NCBI GenBank assembly: GCA_964610865.1
Contig: CAZSWX010000001.1
Coordinates: 1 to 24,558 of the forward strand
DNA: 24,558 bases
Origin: an uncultured Enterobacteriaceae bacterium
GTDB taxonomy: Bacteria; Desulfobacterota; Binatia; Bin18
Direction: 5' to 3'
Under the pieces are notes generated by a model, which did not search any database, had not been told where the DNA came from, and worked only from the letters and a program-made list of their open reading frames with translations. Positions 1-8,428 of this stretch are shown piece by piece. Numbering within the stretch: the first letter of the stretch is position 1; every line of letters starts with the position of its first letter. The translations under genes and the position numbers were made by a program.

Positions 1-631
1 GACCGACCACAAATACCACGCGACTAAAAGGGAGAGGAATCATTAGTTTGTCCCAACTGTTTATCGTGAAGTGCCAACGGGCACTGTAGGCCGTTGGATA
101 AACGGGTGCACCGGTCACGCGTGCGATTTGAAGGGCCCCAGTTTTTGCCCTCCGGCTTGGCCCCCGTGGGCCATCTGGAACGACGATAAGGTCATAGCCC
201 TGACTGTGACTATTCACGAGCCCTTTCAGCCCATGGGTCCATCCACGCGAAGAAGAACCGCGGACCGATAAAATGCCGAAACGTTCCATCACGCGCGTCA
301 CGATTTCCCCGTCCCTATGCATGCTGTTCATAACGCAAGCCTTACGGCCTTGGTATGCGAAACGCATCAATAATATACGGCTATGCCAGAAAGTCATAAT
401 GACACGATCATTACACCGCCATCTTTCTCGTAGATCTTCAGTGTGTCCAATGTAGCTCTTGCGGATAGTGATCCTCATAAGATAAAGCAAGCTGGACGCA
501 GCCCATGTCCAGAAGCGAATTTTGAACTCTTCGACGAGTTTGTATTGTGCCGGGCCAGTGGCGGTATGAGGAGTCCCATTCCGATTGCGAGTGGGGGTTC
601 TCCGCCTGGGAGACGATTCCAGTTCTGCCAT
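1..631 (-). CDS. DUF374 / LpxJ-like lysophospholipid (lipid A) acyltransferase family protein, 3' end truncated by the window edge
   Basis: Not in the ORF track because it has no stop inside the window. Manual translation from ATG at 631 (5 nt after the msbA stop) is open to position 1: ...VIMTFWHSRILL...NSMHRDGEIVTRVMERFGILSVRGSSSRG...VPDGPRGP...SWDKLMIPLPFSRVVFVVG. These match the DUF374 motifs (FWH, SxxxDG, RGSSSRG, PDGPRGP, WDxxxxPxPF). It also fits the lpxB-msbA context. Confidence 0.92.
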   Translation of the reverse strand, partial: MAELESSPRRRTPTRNRNGTPHTATGPAQYKLVEEFKIRFWTWAASSLLYLMRITIRKSYIGHTEDLRERWRCNDRVIMTFWHSRILLMRFAYQGRKACVMNSMHRDGEIVTRVMERFGILSVRGSSSRGWTHGLKGLVNSHSQGYDLIVVPDGPRGPSRRAKTGALQIARVTGAPVYPTAYSARWHFTINSWDKLMIPLPFSRVVFVVG

Positions 632-636
632 CTGTT

Positions 637-2376
637 TTACGCCGCTGACTGAGAGGTATTGATGAACTGCATTTCGTATAGGCGTTTATAGTGTGCGTTA
701 TTCGCCAAGAGTTCTTCGTGTGGCCCCTGTTCAACTATGCAGCCTTTATCGAGCACGACAATCTGGTCTGCTCGCCGAATAGTAGAAAGGCGGTGGGCAA
801 TCACTAAGACGGTTCTCCCGGACATAAGCTGCTCTACAGCGTTCTGTACTAGCCTTTCGGACTCATTATCGAGCGAGGAGGTTGCCTCATCGAGAATCAG
901 CACCGGAGCATCCTTTAGAAGAGCCCGTGCTATTGCAAGCCGTTGGCGTTGGCCTCCAGAAAGCATCACTCCTAATTCCCCTATCTGTGTTTGGTACCCC
1001 TCAGGTAGTTCGATGATGAAATCATGCGCGTGAGCAGCTTTTGCGGCTTCTATTATCTCTGTTTCCGATTTCGCCTGCATGCCGTAAGCGATGTTATTGT
1101 GCACGTTGTCATTAAATAAAAATGTGTCCTGCGTGACAATTGCAATGTGGGACCGCAGGGAGGACAAAGTCAGGTTTCGTATATCTTGCTCATCAAAGCG
1201 GATACTGCCTTCACTGACTTCGTAAAATCGGGGAATAAGGTCCGCTAGAGTACTCTTTCCGCCACCGCTAGGGCCGACGAGGGCTACGACGTCTCCTGCC
1301 GCTATAGTAAGGTTGAGATTCTTGATAACCCACTCTTCTTTGTAGCGGAAAGATACATCGTCGAAACGTATGTTCGCCGTAAAATCTATTAGGCGCTTTG
1401 CGTTTTGTGTTTCGTTCACTTCGGGGCGCTCATCTAGAATTTCGAACAGACGCTCTGCCCCTGCTAGGCCATTCTGTACGGATGTGTTTGTCCTGGTAAG
1501 ATGTTTGAACGGCTGATATATTAGCAGCATTGCTGTAAGGAATGCTACGAATCCACCCTGAGTCCGTTCCCCCTCGATAACACTCGACCCACCGTACCAC
1601 ACTACTCCCGCAATCCCACATGCCGCTAGGAGTTCTACCATTGCTGGCACAAAGGCTTTGAGACGCCCGGCCCGGATGGCGTGTTTGTACAGCCGGTGAT
1701 TCTCAGAGGCAAAGCGCGCTTTTTCGTAGGGTTCCATCCCGAATGCCTTTACTACTCTGCTTCCTTGTATTGTCTCCTGCAGTAATGCCGAAAGATAGCC
1801 TAGGGCGCCTTGCCCCTTGCGGCTGAGGCGCCGTACTCTCTGATAAATCCGCATGAGGGGCCAAATGGTGGCGGGAAAAGCTACGAAGGCGATGCCTGCC
1901 AAAACCCAGTCCTTCCAGAAAGCTACCGTGATCAGGACTACTAGGGTAGTGAAATCTCGCATCATTGACGCTGTCGCCTGTGTAATGGCCTGCCTTACCA
2001 GAAGGGTGTCATTGGTTACGCGAGAGATAAGTGTGCCGGTCGGATGCCGCTGGAAAAAAGAGAGCGACAACGACTGCAAATGGGCATTAAGTTCGTTGCG
2101 GAGATTTTCGATAATGCGCTGGCCTACATACTCCATCAGGTAGACATGGCCAAAATTACAGGCGCTACGAAGAGTGAAGGTGGCCACTATGAGAAAGGGC
2201 AGTGTTTTTAGTGCGGCCCGATTCCGATCCGCAAAAATATCGTCAAATACATGCTCCACGAGAAAAGGTAAGACCCCGTTTGTTGCGCTGAACAGTACCA
2301 TGCAGGCAACGGCCGGGAGGAAGGCGCGGTAGAGGTAGGGCCGTAGGTACAACAATAGCCGCCGGTAGATATTCAT
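637..2376 (-). CDS. msbA: Lipid A export ABC transporter, fused permease/ATPase MsbA
   Basis: 579 aa. N-terminal transmembrane domain, Walker A GPSGGGKS, signature LSGGQRQR, Walker B LILDEATS, H-loop IAHRLST. Directly downstream of lpxB. Confidence 0.93.
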   Translation of the reverse strand: MNIYRRLLLYLRPYLYRAFLPAVACMVLFSATNGVLPFLVEHVFDDIFADRNRAALKTLPFLIVATFTLRSACNFGHVYLMEYVGQRIIENLRNELNAHLQSLSLSFFQRHPTGTLISRVTNDTLLVRQAITQATASMMRDFTTLVVLITVAFWKDWVLAGIAFVAFPATIWPLMRIYQRVRRLSRKGQGALGYLSALLQETIQGSRVVKAFGMEPYEKARFASENHRLYKHAIRAGRLKAFVPAMVELLAACGIAGVVWYGGSSVIEGERTQGGFVAFLTAMLLIYQPFKHLTRTNTSVQNGLAGAERLFEILDERPEVNETQNAKRLIDFTANIRFDDVSFRYKEEWVIKNLNLTIAAGDVVALVGPSGGGKSTLADLIPRFYEVSEGSIRFDEQDIRNLTLSSLRSHIAIVTQDTFLFNDNVHNNIAYGMQAKSETEIIEAAKAAHAHDFIIELPEGYQTQIGELGVMLSGGQRQRLAIARALLKDAPVLILDEATSSLDNESERLVQNAVEQLMSGRTVLVIAHRLSTIRRADQIVVLDKGCIVEQGPHEELLANNAHYKRLYEMQFINTSQSAA

Positions 2377-2388
2377 AGTCTCTGACGT

Positions 2389-3531
2389 TCAGATAGGGTT
2401 CTCTGACTGGGCCCGATCTAATAAGTCACAGGCAAGCTTTGCGGCGCGTATTGCGGCCCCGGGACTGCCTAACTGTTTAGACACGTCGTGCAATCCCTTC
2501 TGTGCTAGGCTATATGCCTCCGGGTTTGTTAGCAACCGGAGCGCCTCCTGCGCAATTTTTTTTGGCGTTGCCGCTCCTTGAATTAATTCGGGAACGATCT
2601 GTTTCCCAGCTATTATGTTTGGCATACCGATGAAGGGGACATGGACGAACAACCTTGCAAGTCCGTACGTAAAGTAGGACATCTTGTAAATTATCACCAT
2701 CGGGGTCCCTGTGAGGGCCATTTCCAGCGTTGCCGTACCGGATGCTACTAGGCCCAGATCCGTCGCATTCATGATGTTGTAGGTGTCGCCTTGTACTATC
2801 TGAAATTTGCTAGAGTTTTTGGGAAGAGCGGATTCTATTTTCTTTTTCTCGAGAGTTGGCGCGACAGCTAAAATGAATTGATATTTTTCATCGAGGATCG
2901 TTGCCGCCTCGACGAGGGGAGGGAGCAAACGCTGGACCTCCTGCTCACGGCTTCCTGGAAATAGACCAATAATTGGTTTTTTAGGGTCTAACGCGTAACG
3001 AGCTCGGGTTTCTTTTTTTGAGAGAGAAGGTCGGACACGGTCAACTAGTGGGTGCCCTACAAACTCGACAGTAAAACCGCACTTAGCGTAAAACTCTTGC
3101 TCGAAGGGAAATACCGTTGCGAGGAGGTCGACTCTTTCAGCCATAGTGTGCACCCTTTTCCTGCGCCATGCCCATACCTGGGGGCTGATATAATAAAACG
3201 TTGGTACGTGGTTTGTCTTGGCGACCTTCGCCAGCCGCATGTTGAACTCGGGAAAGTCAACCAATACGAGTAGTTCTGGCGGATTTGTCCGCAAAATTTC
3301 CGCCATTTCACGGTATGCGGTACGGATTGCTCCGAATTTGTCTGCGGCTTCCAGCAGACCCATAGCGGCTATTCTGGAGGAGTCAATTAAAGTTTCCATG
3401 CCTACCTGTCGGAGTGCTGGCCCGCCAATTCCGGAAACGCTCGTTTCAGGACGTCGTTCTCGGATAGCGCGAACCAGGTCCGCTCCGTGGAGGTCGCCCG
3501 ATGCCTCGCCGGCGACTAAGAGGATTCCCAC
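2389..3531 (-). CDS. lpxB: Lipid-A-disaccharide synthase
   Basis: 380 aa. Motifs LVAGEASGDLHG, VDFPEFN, YYISPQVWAWR, VGHPL, LFPGSREQE, SGTATLE. The GTG start overlaps the upstream TAG by 1 nt. Confidence 0.97.
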   Translation of the reverse strand: MGILLVAGEASGDLHGADLVRAIRERRPETSVSGIGGPALRQVGMETLIDSSRIAAMGLLEAADKFGAIRTAYREMAEILRTNPPELLVLVDFPEFNMRLAKVAKTNHVPTFYYISPQVWAWRRKRVHTMAERVDLLATVFPFEQEFYAKCGFTVEFVGHPLVDRVRPSLSKKETRARYALDPKKPIIGLFPGSREQEVQRLLPPLVEAATILDEKYQFILAVAPTLEKKKIESALPKNSSKFQIVQGDTYNIMNATDLGLVASGTATLEMALTGTPMVIIYKMSYFTYGLARLFVHVPFIGMPNIIAGKQIVPELIQGAATPKKIAQEALRLLTNPEAYSLAQKGLHDVSKQLGSPGAAIRAAKLACDLLDRAQSENPI

Positions 3532-4502
3532 TATGGAAGCTCCAGGGCTGCGACAATATTCTCCGCCTCTTCCAAAGCCTGAAGTCCATCGACCCCGCTT
3601 ACTATCGGCCTGGCGCGGTTCTGAACCGAACGCACGAAGGCTCTAATCTCTTCTTCGAGTGCATCGTGACCGCCCACCGAACGCTCTTCGAAGGACAAAT
3701 TCGGAATTTTTCCGTCCCGACTGGAGGCCTTTCGCCGGCAAATACGAATATTTTGTTTACCATAATCTATCACGAGGTAGGCTTCCGGTTGAAAAATCCG
3801 CATTTTCCTCTCGCGCTTTAGGGCAACACGGCTTGCCGTTACGTTAGCGATACAACCTGACGCAAATCGTAAGCGCACGTTGGCTATGTCGGGTGCCTCG
3901 GTCAATACGGGCACTCCGAACGCTTCCCTTGACACAATGGGCGAGCGTACCAAGCTCAATATTACATCTAAATCATGGATCATGAGATCTCGGACGACGT
4001 CCACGTCAGTGCCCCTCTCGACAAAGGGTGCGACCCGATGGCACTCAATGAAACGTGGTGCTGTCAGAATTCCAGTTAGAGACCGCAATGCCGGGTTAAA
4101 CCTTTCCAAATGACCAACCTGCAGAATCCGCTTTTCCGAATCCGCCAATTGGACCAATTTTCGTGCGTCTGATCCATTCGCCGCAATTGGCTTTTCAACG
4201 AGTACATCGACGCCTCGAAGCAGAAAATCGCGCGCTACGGAATAGTGCATTTGAGTTGGAACGGCGATACTCACACAGTCAATCTTGCCGAGAAGATCGC
4301 GATAATCCGTGTAGGCCGCCGCAGGGAATTGTCGCGCGAGAGTGCGGACCCGTTGGCGATCTGTATCTGCAAGCCCGACAAGGGCTACTCCCGGGAGCTT
4401 AGCGTATTTCTCCGCGTGGAATTTTCCGAGATGCCCTACTCCGACTACACCGGCCCTTATCAATGGCGTTTGAGACTGTGATGCCTTCGTTAACTCCGTC
4501 AT
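3531..4502 (-). CDS. gnnA: Gfo/Idh/MocA family NAD-dependent oxidoreductase, probably UDP-GlcNAc 3-dehydrogenase GnnA
   Basis: 323 aa. GVVGVGHLG Rossmann motif, EKP, VGHLERFNP, DLMIHDLD. The family call is secure. The gnnA call is inferred from translational coupling to lpxB. Confidence 0.75.
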   Translation of the reverse strand: MTELTKASQSQTPLIRAGVVGVGHLGKFHAEKYAKLPGVALVGLADTDRQRVRTLARQFPAAAYTDYRDLLGKIDCVSIAVPTQMHYSVARDFLLRGVDVLVEKPIAANGSDARKLVQLADSEKRILQVGHLERFNPALRSLTGILTAPRFIECHRVAPFVERGTDVDVVRDLMIHDLDVILSLVRSPIVSREAFGVPVLTEAPDIANVRLRFASGCIANVTASRVALKRERKMRIFQPEAYLVIDYGKQNIRICRRKASSRDGKIPNLSFEERSVGGHDALEEEIRAFVRSVQNRARPIVSGVDGLQALEEAENIVAALELP

Positions 4503-4774
4503 CAGGATTCTCTAGTGAATTGAGTTTGGTATAACGCGGTGACGGCGACCCCTCGTCAGTATCAGGGGGTAGTGGTTTCCTCTAGGCGGGAGATTGCTCG
4601 GGGCTATACTGACGACGAGAGCGAGCAGCAGAAGAACCTGGTCGTCGAATATAGTGTTGATCGCGCAGACCTTGGGGGTGGAAATTTCTGTTTGACGGGG
4701 TTCGACCATTTGTTCCAAGTTAATATTTTCATGGTCTCTAACGCCTCTCCTCGCATTCCTAGGTTCGGTCTTTG

Positions 4775-5341
4775 TCAAGATCCTGACCCCGAGATTCCCT
4801 CCTGGCTTGAGGTATGCCCCTCTGGGTCCTCACCGCTGGCCTCATTACTTTCGTGGTTTTTCATGAGATTGAAATAAAGCTGGGGAAAGGCGTTCGGCTT
4901 GTCGATCGGAATCGGTTTCCAGTCTCCCTTTCTAATGTACGTGGCGCCATGCAGATACTCCCATCTGTCGACCTTCCACTCGTACGTAGCTCTACAAGGT
5001 ATGAGCTGGGGTATCATGTTTTTTATAGGCGCTGCTTGAGCTTCCTTTTTCGTTGCAAAGAAGTCGCTCTGTGTCACTTTGCATGTGAATGTGACAATTC
5101 CCAGTATGTGCTCAGGGTTGCGGGTGTCTACGATATACGTCATGTGTCGTATGCCGAACGTGAGCCTGGCCCATTGCAGGAAGACTTCATCGCGAAAAAC
5201 CGGCTCCGCTACGTCGATCTTACTTTGTGCGTCGGTGACCAATTTCTCTAGCCGCGCCTTCAACGCGGCGTCAGCAAAACAAAAACTTATCGTGCCGAAG
5301 GCAAAAACAAGACCCAAAACTAAAACCATCGCATATTTCAT
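4775..5341 (-). CDS. Hypothetical exported protein
   Basis: 188-aa ORF with a Sec-type signal peptide (MKY, hydrophobic core, A-D-A cleavage motif), protein-like composition and a polar, low-complexity C-terminal tail. No family recognised. Confidence 0.65.
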   Translation of the reverse strand: MKYAMVLVLGLVFAFGTISFCFADAALKARLEKLVTDAQSKIDVAEPVFRDEVFLQWARLTFGIRHMTYIVDTRNPEHILGIVTFTCKVTQSDFFATKKEAQAAPIKNMIPQLIPCRATYEWKVDRWEYLHGATYIRKGDWKPIPIDKPNAFPQLYFNLMKNHESNEASGEDPEGHTSSQEGISGSGS

Positions 5342-5514
5342 TTGCGATTCCCGTTGCAGTGCTTACTAGAGTCCGCCTATCACTAATCCTGCTGGTTGGC
5401 AAACCTTAGGACTGTCGGATTCACCGTCATTTTTTCCGGCGGTTTTGTAGTTGGTACTTGATTTTCGACCGAGTGTAGTGTGGGCACTTCATAGGAAACC
5501 GATTAGTTAGCATC

Positions 5515-5547
5515 TTGATTCGCTTTTTGTTCGCTGGCATAACAAAA
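5515..5547 (+). promoter_or_regulatory. Candidate lexA sigma70 promoter with an overlapping candidate LexA operator
   Basis: TTGATT (5515-5520), 17 nt, then CATAAC (5538-5543). It is overlapped by ATTC-N7-GTTC (5518-5532) and by the inverted repeat TTTTGTT-N9-AACAAAA (5525-5547). Confidence 0.45.
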
Positions 5548-5562
5548 GCAGGAATACCGTGT

Positions 5563-6183
5563 ATGACACTGACAAGACGGCAGAAAGAAATTTGGGATTT
5601 TCTGGCTGACTTTAGTCGCGAGAAGGGATATGCTCCAACACTCGAAGAGATTGCCGTGCATTTTGGCCTTTCTTCCCTTGCAACCGTTCACAAGCATCTC
5701 CGCAATCTGGAGACGAAGGGCTTCATCGCCAGGAAGTGGAATCTGAGTCGGGCTATTGAGATTTTACAGCAGGGCGGCTCCGTCGAGGCTATCGAGCTCC
5801 CACTTTTAGGGAAGGTTGCTGCGGGCCTTCCCATCGAGGCTGTAGAAACGAACGAGAAATTGTCTATTCCTGTCGATCTTGTCCGTCGCCCCGACCAGGC
5901 ATTTACACTCCGGGTGCATGGCCAATCTATGATAGAAGAGGGCATATTGGATGGAGATTTCGTCATTGTCGAACCTCGGAATTCGGCTGGGAACGGAGAT
6001 ACAGTGGTGGCGCTTGTGGATGGCGATGCTACCGTGAAGAAATTTTATTCCGAAGGCGTCGACCGGGTACGACTTCAGCCTGCTAACAGTTCGATGGCGC
6101 CTATAGTAGTGCAGGCTGAGAAAGTTCAAATCAGAGGCGTTGTCGTGGCGGTGCTACGAAAGTACGGAAATCAGGTTATATAG
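5563..6183 (+). CDS. lexA: SOS transcriptional repressor LexA
   Basis: The typical N-terminus MTLTRRQKEI begins at ATG 5563 (206 aa), after CAGGA; the track start at 5515 is probably an over-extension. Winged HTH (PTLEEIA...SLATVHKHL), Ala-Gly cleavage site (VAAG), catalytic Ser (GQSM) and Lys (TVKK). Confidence 0.96.
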   Translation: MTLTRRQKEIWDFLADFSREKGYAPTLEEIAVHFGLSSLATVHKHLRNLETKGFIARKWNLSRAIEILQQGGSVEAIELPLLGKVAAGLPIEAVETNEKLSIPVDLVRRPDQAFTLRVHGQSMIEEGILDGDFVIVEPRNSAGNGDTVVALVDGDATVKKFYSEGVDRVRLQPANSSMAPIVVQAEKVQIRGVVVAVLRKYGNQVI

Positions 6184-7328
6184 TGTCGTTCTCGCTGTAT
6201 GTTCACATACCCTATTGCTTCACCAAATGTCCTTACTGTGACTTCAATGCCTACGCCGCTAAGAGTTGGCCTGAAGAGCGTTACATTGAAGCTCTCTGTA
6301 AGGAATTCTCGGAAAGCTCGAACAGGGCTCCGTGGAAAGGGCAGCGGGTAGATAGCGTCTATTTCGGTGGCGGAACACCATCTCTATTCCGACCAGCCTC
6401 GCTTCATAGGTTGCTCGCGGTCGTATACGATTCGTGTTCCCCCGTCGCAGGACACGATGTGTCTCTCGAAGTTGATCCGGCATCAGTTTTTACGGGTCTC
6501 TTAGAAGACTACAGAGGGATAGGTGTGAGCCGTCTGAGTTTTGGCATCCAGTCTTTTCAGGCCTCCATCCTTACAACACTAGGCCGTCTACACGACGCAG
6601 AAACGGCCTCTCGTGGGATCGAATTCGCCCGGGCAGCGGGATTCAAAAATATTAATGTTGATCTGATCTACGGCGTACCAGGGCAGACACTTCGCTTGGT
6701 ACAGCAGGATTTACGAACCACCGTTGAACATGGGCCGGAGCATGTGTCAATTTATGGCCTAACATATGAAAAAAACACCCCTTTCTACACATGGCGGGAC
6801 CGTGGCGTGCTGAGCCCAATTTCCGAAGATGCGGAGGCAGAGATGTACGAATGCATCCACGACTCGTTTCGTGCGAGCGGTTATCAACATTACGAAATTT
6901 CCAACTTTTGCCGGCCTGGCTTCCCGTCGCGACATAATGTTGGTTACTGGCAGGGGAAGAGTTATCTTGGGATAGGCGCAGGGTCTCATTCTTACGCTTC
7001 GACGCCTGGTTGGGGCTGGAGGAGGAGTAATTTGACGAACCCGACCCAGTATATGGACGCGGTTTTCTCCGGCCGGAGCCCTGCGCAGATGAGAGAAACG
7101 CTCACAAAGGACCAGGCACGAACGGAATATATGTTTCTCACGCTCCGACAATCGGCCGGAATCACCCTAAAAAAATTTAGTCTGAGATTCGGTGCTGAGT
7201 TGCTTGAGACCTATCCGCACACCTCAAATTACGTCAAACGAGGACTAATCGAAGTTGACGATGGTACACTCAGGCTTACAAGGCAAGGGGTTCTGCTGGC
7301 GGACAATATTTTTGCCTCGTTTGCCTAG
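6183..7328 (+). CDS. hemW: Radical SAM heme chaperone HemW (HemN-like)
   Basis: 381 aa. LYVHIPYCFTKCPYCDFN (CxxxCxxC), YFGGGTPS, YEISNF and the HNxxYW motif (HNVGYW) typical of HemW. Confidence 0.92.
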   Translation: MSFSLYVHIPYCFTKCPYCDFNAYAAKSWPEERYIEALCKEFSESSNRAPWKGQRVDSVYFGGGTPSLFRPASLHRLLAVVYDSCSPVAGHDVSLEVDPASVFTGLLEDYRGIGVSRLSFGIQSFQASILTTLGRLHDAETASRGIEFARAAGFKNINVDLIYGVPGQTLRLVQQDLRTTVEHGPEHVSIYGLTYEKNTPFYTWRDRGVLSPISEDAEAEMYECIHDSFRASGYQHYEISNFCRPGFPSRHNVGYWQGKSYLGIGAGSHSYASTPGWGWRRSNLTNPTQYMDAVFSGRSPAQMRETLTKDQARTEYMFLTLRQSAGITLKKFSLRFGAELLETYPHTSNYVKRGLIEVDDGTLRLTRQGVLLADNIFASFA

Positions 7329-7331
7329 GTT

Positions 7332-7853
7332 TTACAATGTACGAGGAACATTGAAGAAATCGAACAATATGTGCATATAAGGCGCGCATGGACGACGGGC
7401 TTCGAAATAATCCCTCGCCTTTATTAACGACATTTGGCTGGACGCGTGAATGTAGGCAATGGCCAGGGTGGGGGCCCTGTTGCAACCGGCATTACAGTGA
7501 AGAAAAACTCGGTGCTGGGAAGCCAAGGATTCCTCGAGTTGCGAAAGAGCTATGGGTAGCGCGAGGCTAAAGGCACCGCTATTGAAATCGGGAATTGGTA
7601 CGCGGGAAAATTCCACTTGATGCTGTTTGTAGGTTCGTTGCAAGAGAAACGGGTCTAAACCCTTTAGGGCAAGATCGTCTGCATCTTGGAGGCTCAAAAC
7701 TGCTGTGATTCTATAGATTTGCTTAAGCCACGCGATGTCGTTAAGGCGTGGGTATTCGCCGACAAATAGGTTGGGGAGAATTTCACTTATTCCTGGGCGG
7801 CGATTGCGAATTTGTGCGGCAGTCGGGGCAAACGGGTGGTAATCCGGAGGCAT
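7332..7853 (-). CDS. Dual-specificity / protein-tyrosine phosphatase family protein
   Basis: P-loop HCNAGCNR (CX5R), SEILPNLFVG, an upstream IPDF acid loop and AIAYI. The start is uncertain: ATG 7853 or 7889. Confidence 0.88.
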   Translation of the reverse strand: MPPDYHPFAPTAAQIRNRRPGISEILPNLFVGEYPRLNDIAWLKQIYRITAVLSLQDADDLALKGLDPFLLQRTYKQHQVEFSRVPIPDFNSGAFSLALPIALSQLEESLASQHRVFLHCNAGCNRAPTLAIAYIHASSQMSLIKARDYFEARRPCAPYMHILFDFFNVPRTL

Positions 7854-8003
7854 GCAAAACAGGCTATGGAAATGACCATTGCTGGTCAATAGTCGAACAA
7901 ACGAAATGCGCGAGAGGCTTGCTATTTGGGACTACTTTCCGATAGGACTAGTGAGGCGAGGATAAGCTCTGTTAGCAAACGGAGCCAAAGGGAGGACCAA
8001 TCA

Positions 8004-8375
8004 ATGAGCGCAGAAAACGAGAAATTAGTCACGGATTTTTGTAATGCCTGGTCGAATCTGAACGTAGAGGAACTTATCGCCTATATGACTGACGATTGTT
8101 TCTACCACAACATACCCATGGAACCATGTGTAGGCCATGATGCTTTTCGTGCTTTTGCGGAACCGTTTTTGAAGGACGCGGAGAGTGCGAACTTCGAAAT
8201 TAAACATACGACCTCGGCTGGCAACGTTGTGATGAATGAACGGGTCGACACCTTTGTAATGGGACCTAAAACCATATCTTTGCCGGTCGCTGGGATTTTT
8301 GAAGTGAATAACGGTAAAATTTCGGCATGGCGTGACTATTTCGACTTAGATACCTTCAATAAGCAGATGTCGTAG
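8004..8375 (+). CDS. Limonene-1,2-epoxide hydrolase family protein (NTF2/SnoaL fold)
   Basis: ATG 8004 follows the strong RBS GGAGGA; 123 aa. It conserves the LEH catalytic set: YHN (Tyr/Asn), NERVD (Arg/Asp) and WRDYFD (Asp). Confidence 0.9.
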   Translation: MSAENEKLVTDFCNAWSNLNVEELIAYMTDDCFYHNIPMEPCVGHDAFRAFAEPFLKDAESANFEIKHTTSAGNVVMNERVDTFVMGPKTISLPVAGIFEVNNGKISAWRDYFDLDTFNKQMS

Positions 8376-8428
8376 GGACAGTTGCTTCTCCCACCTGTTG
8401 GACACGTCAACATGCAGAAAGGCTGATT

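Noticed and set aside
71-734. Short ORFs at 71, 273, 438 and 443
   Set aside because: They are shadows of the DUF374 gene and the end of msbA.
4670-4710. GGGGGTG...GGGGTTCGAC resembling a tmRNA or tRNA fragment
   Set aside because: The spacing and flanks do not form a cloverleaf or tRNA-like domain, and there is no CCA end.
4604-4777. Selenocysteine readthrough of the TGA ending the exported hypothetical protein (the frame stays open for 56 more codons)
   Set aside because: There is no redox motif around the TGA, no SECIS-like stem after it, and the extension does not look like a known domain.
4750-4778. Perfect TTGACA -35 on the minus strand upstream of the lipid A operon
   Set aside because: No acceptable -10 at 16-18 nt (TGCGAG at 17 nt).
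4814-5369. Plus-strand ORFs 4814-5251 and 5079-5369
   Set aside because: They are antisense to the signal-peptide-bearing ORF and have no RBS or motifs. The choice rests on protein-likeness only.
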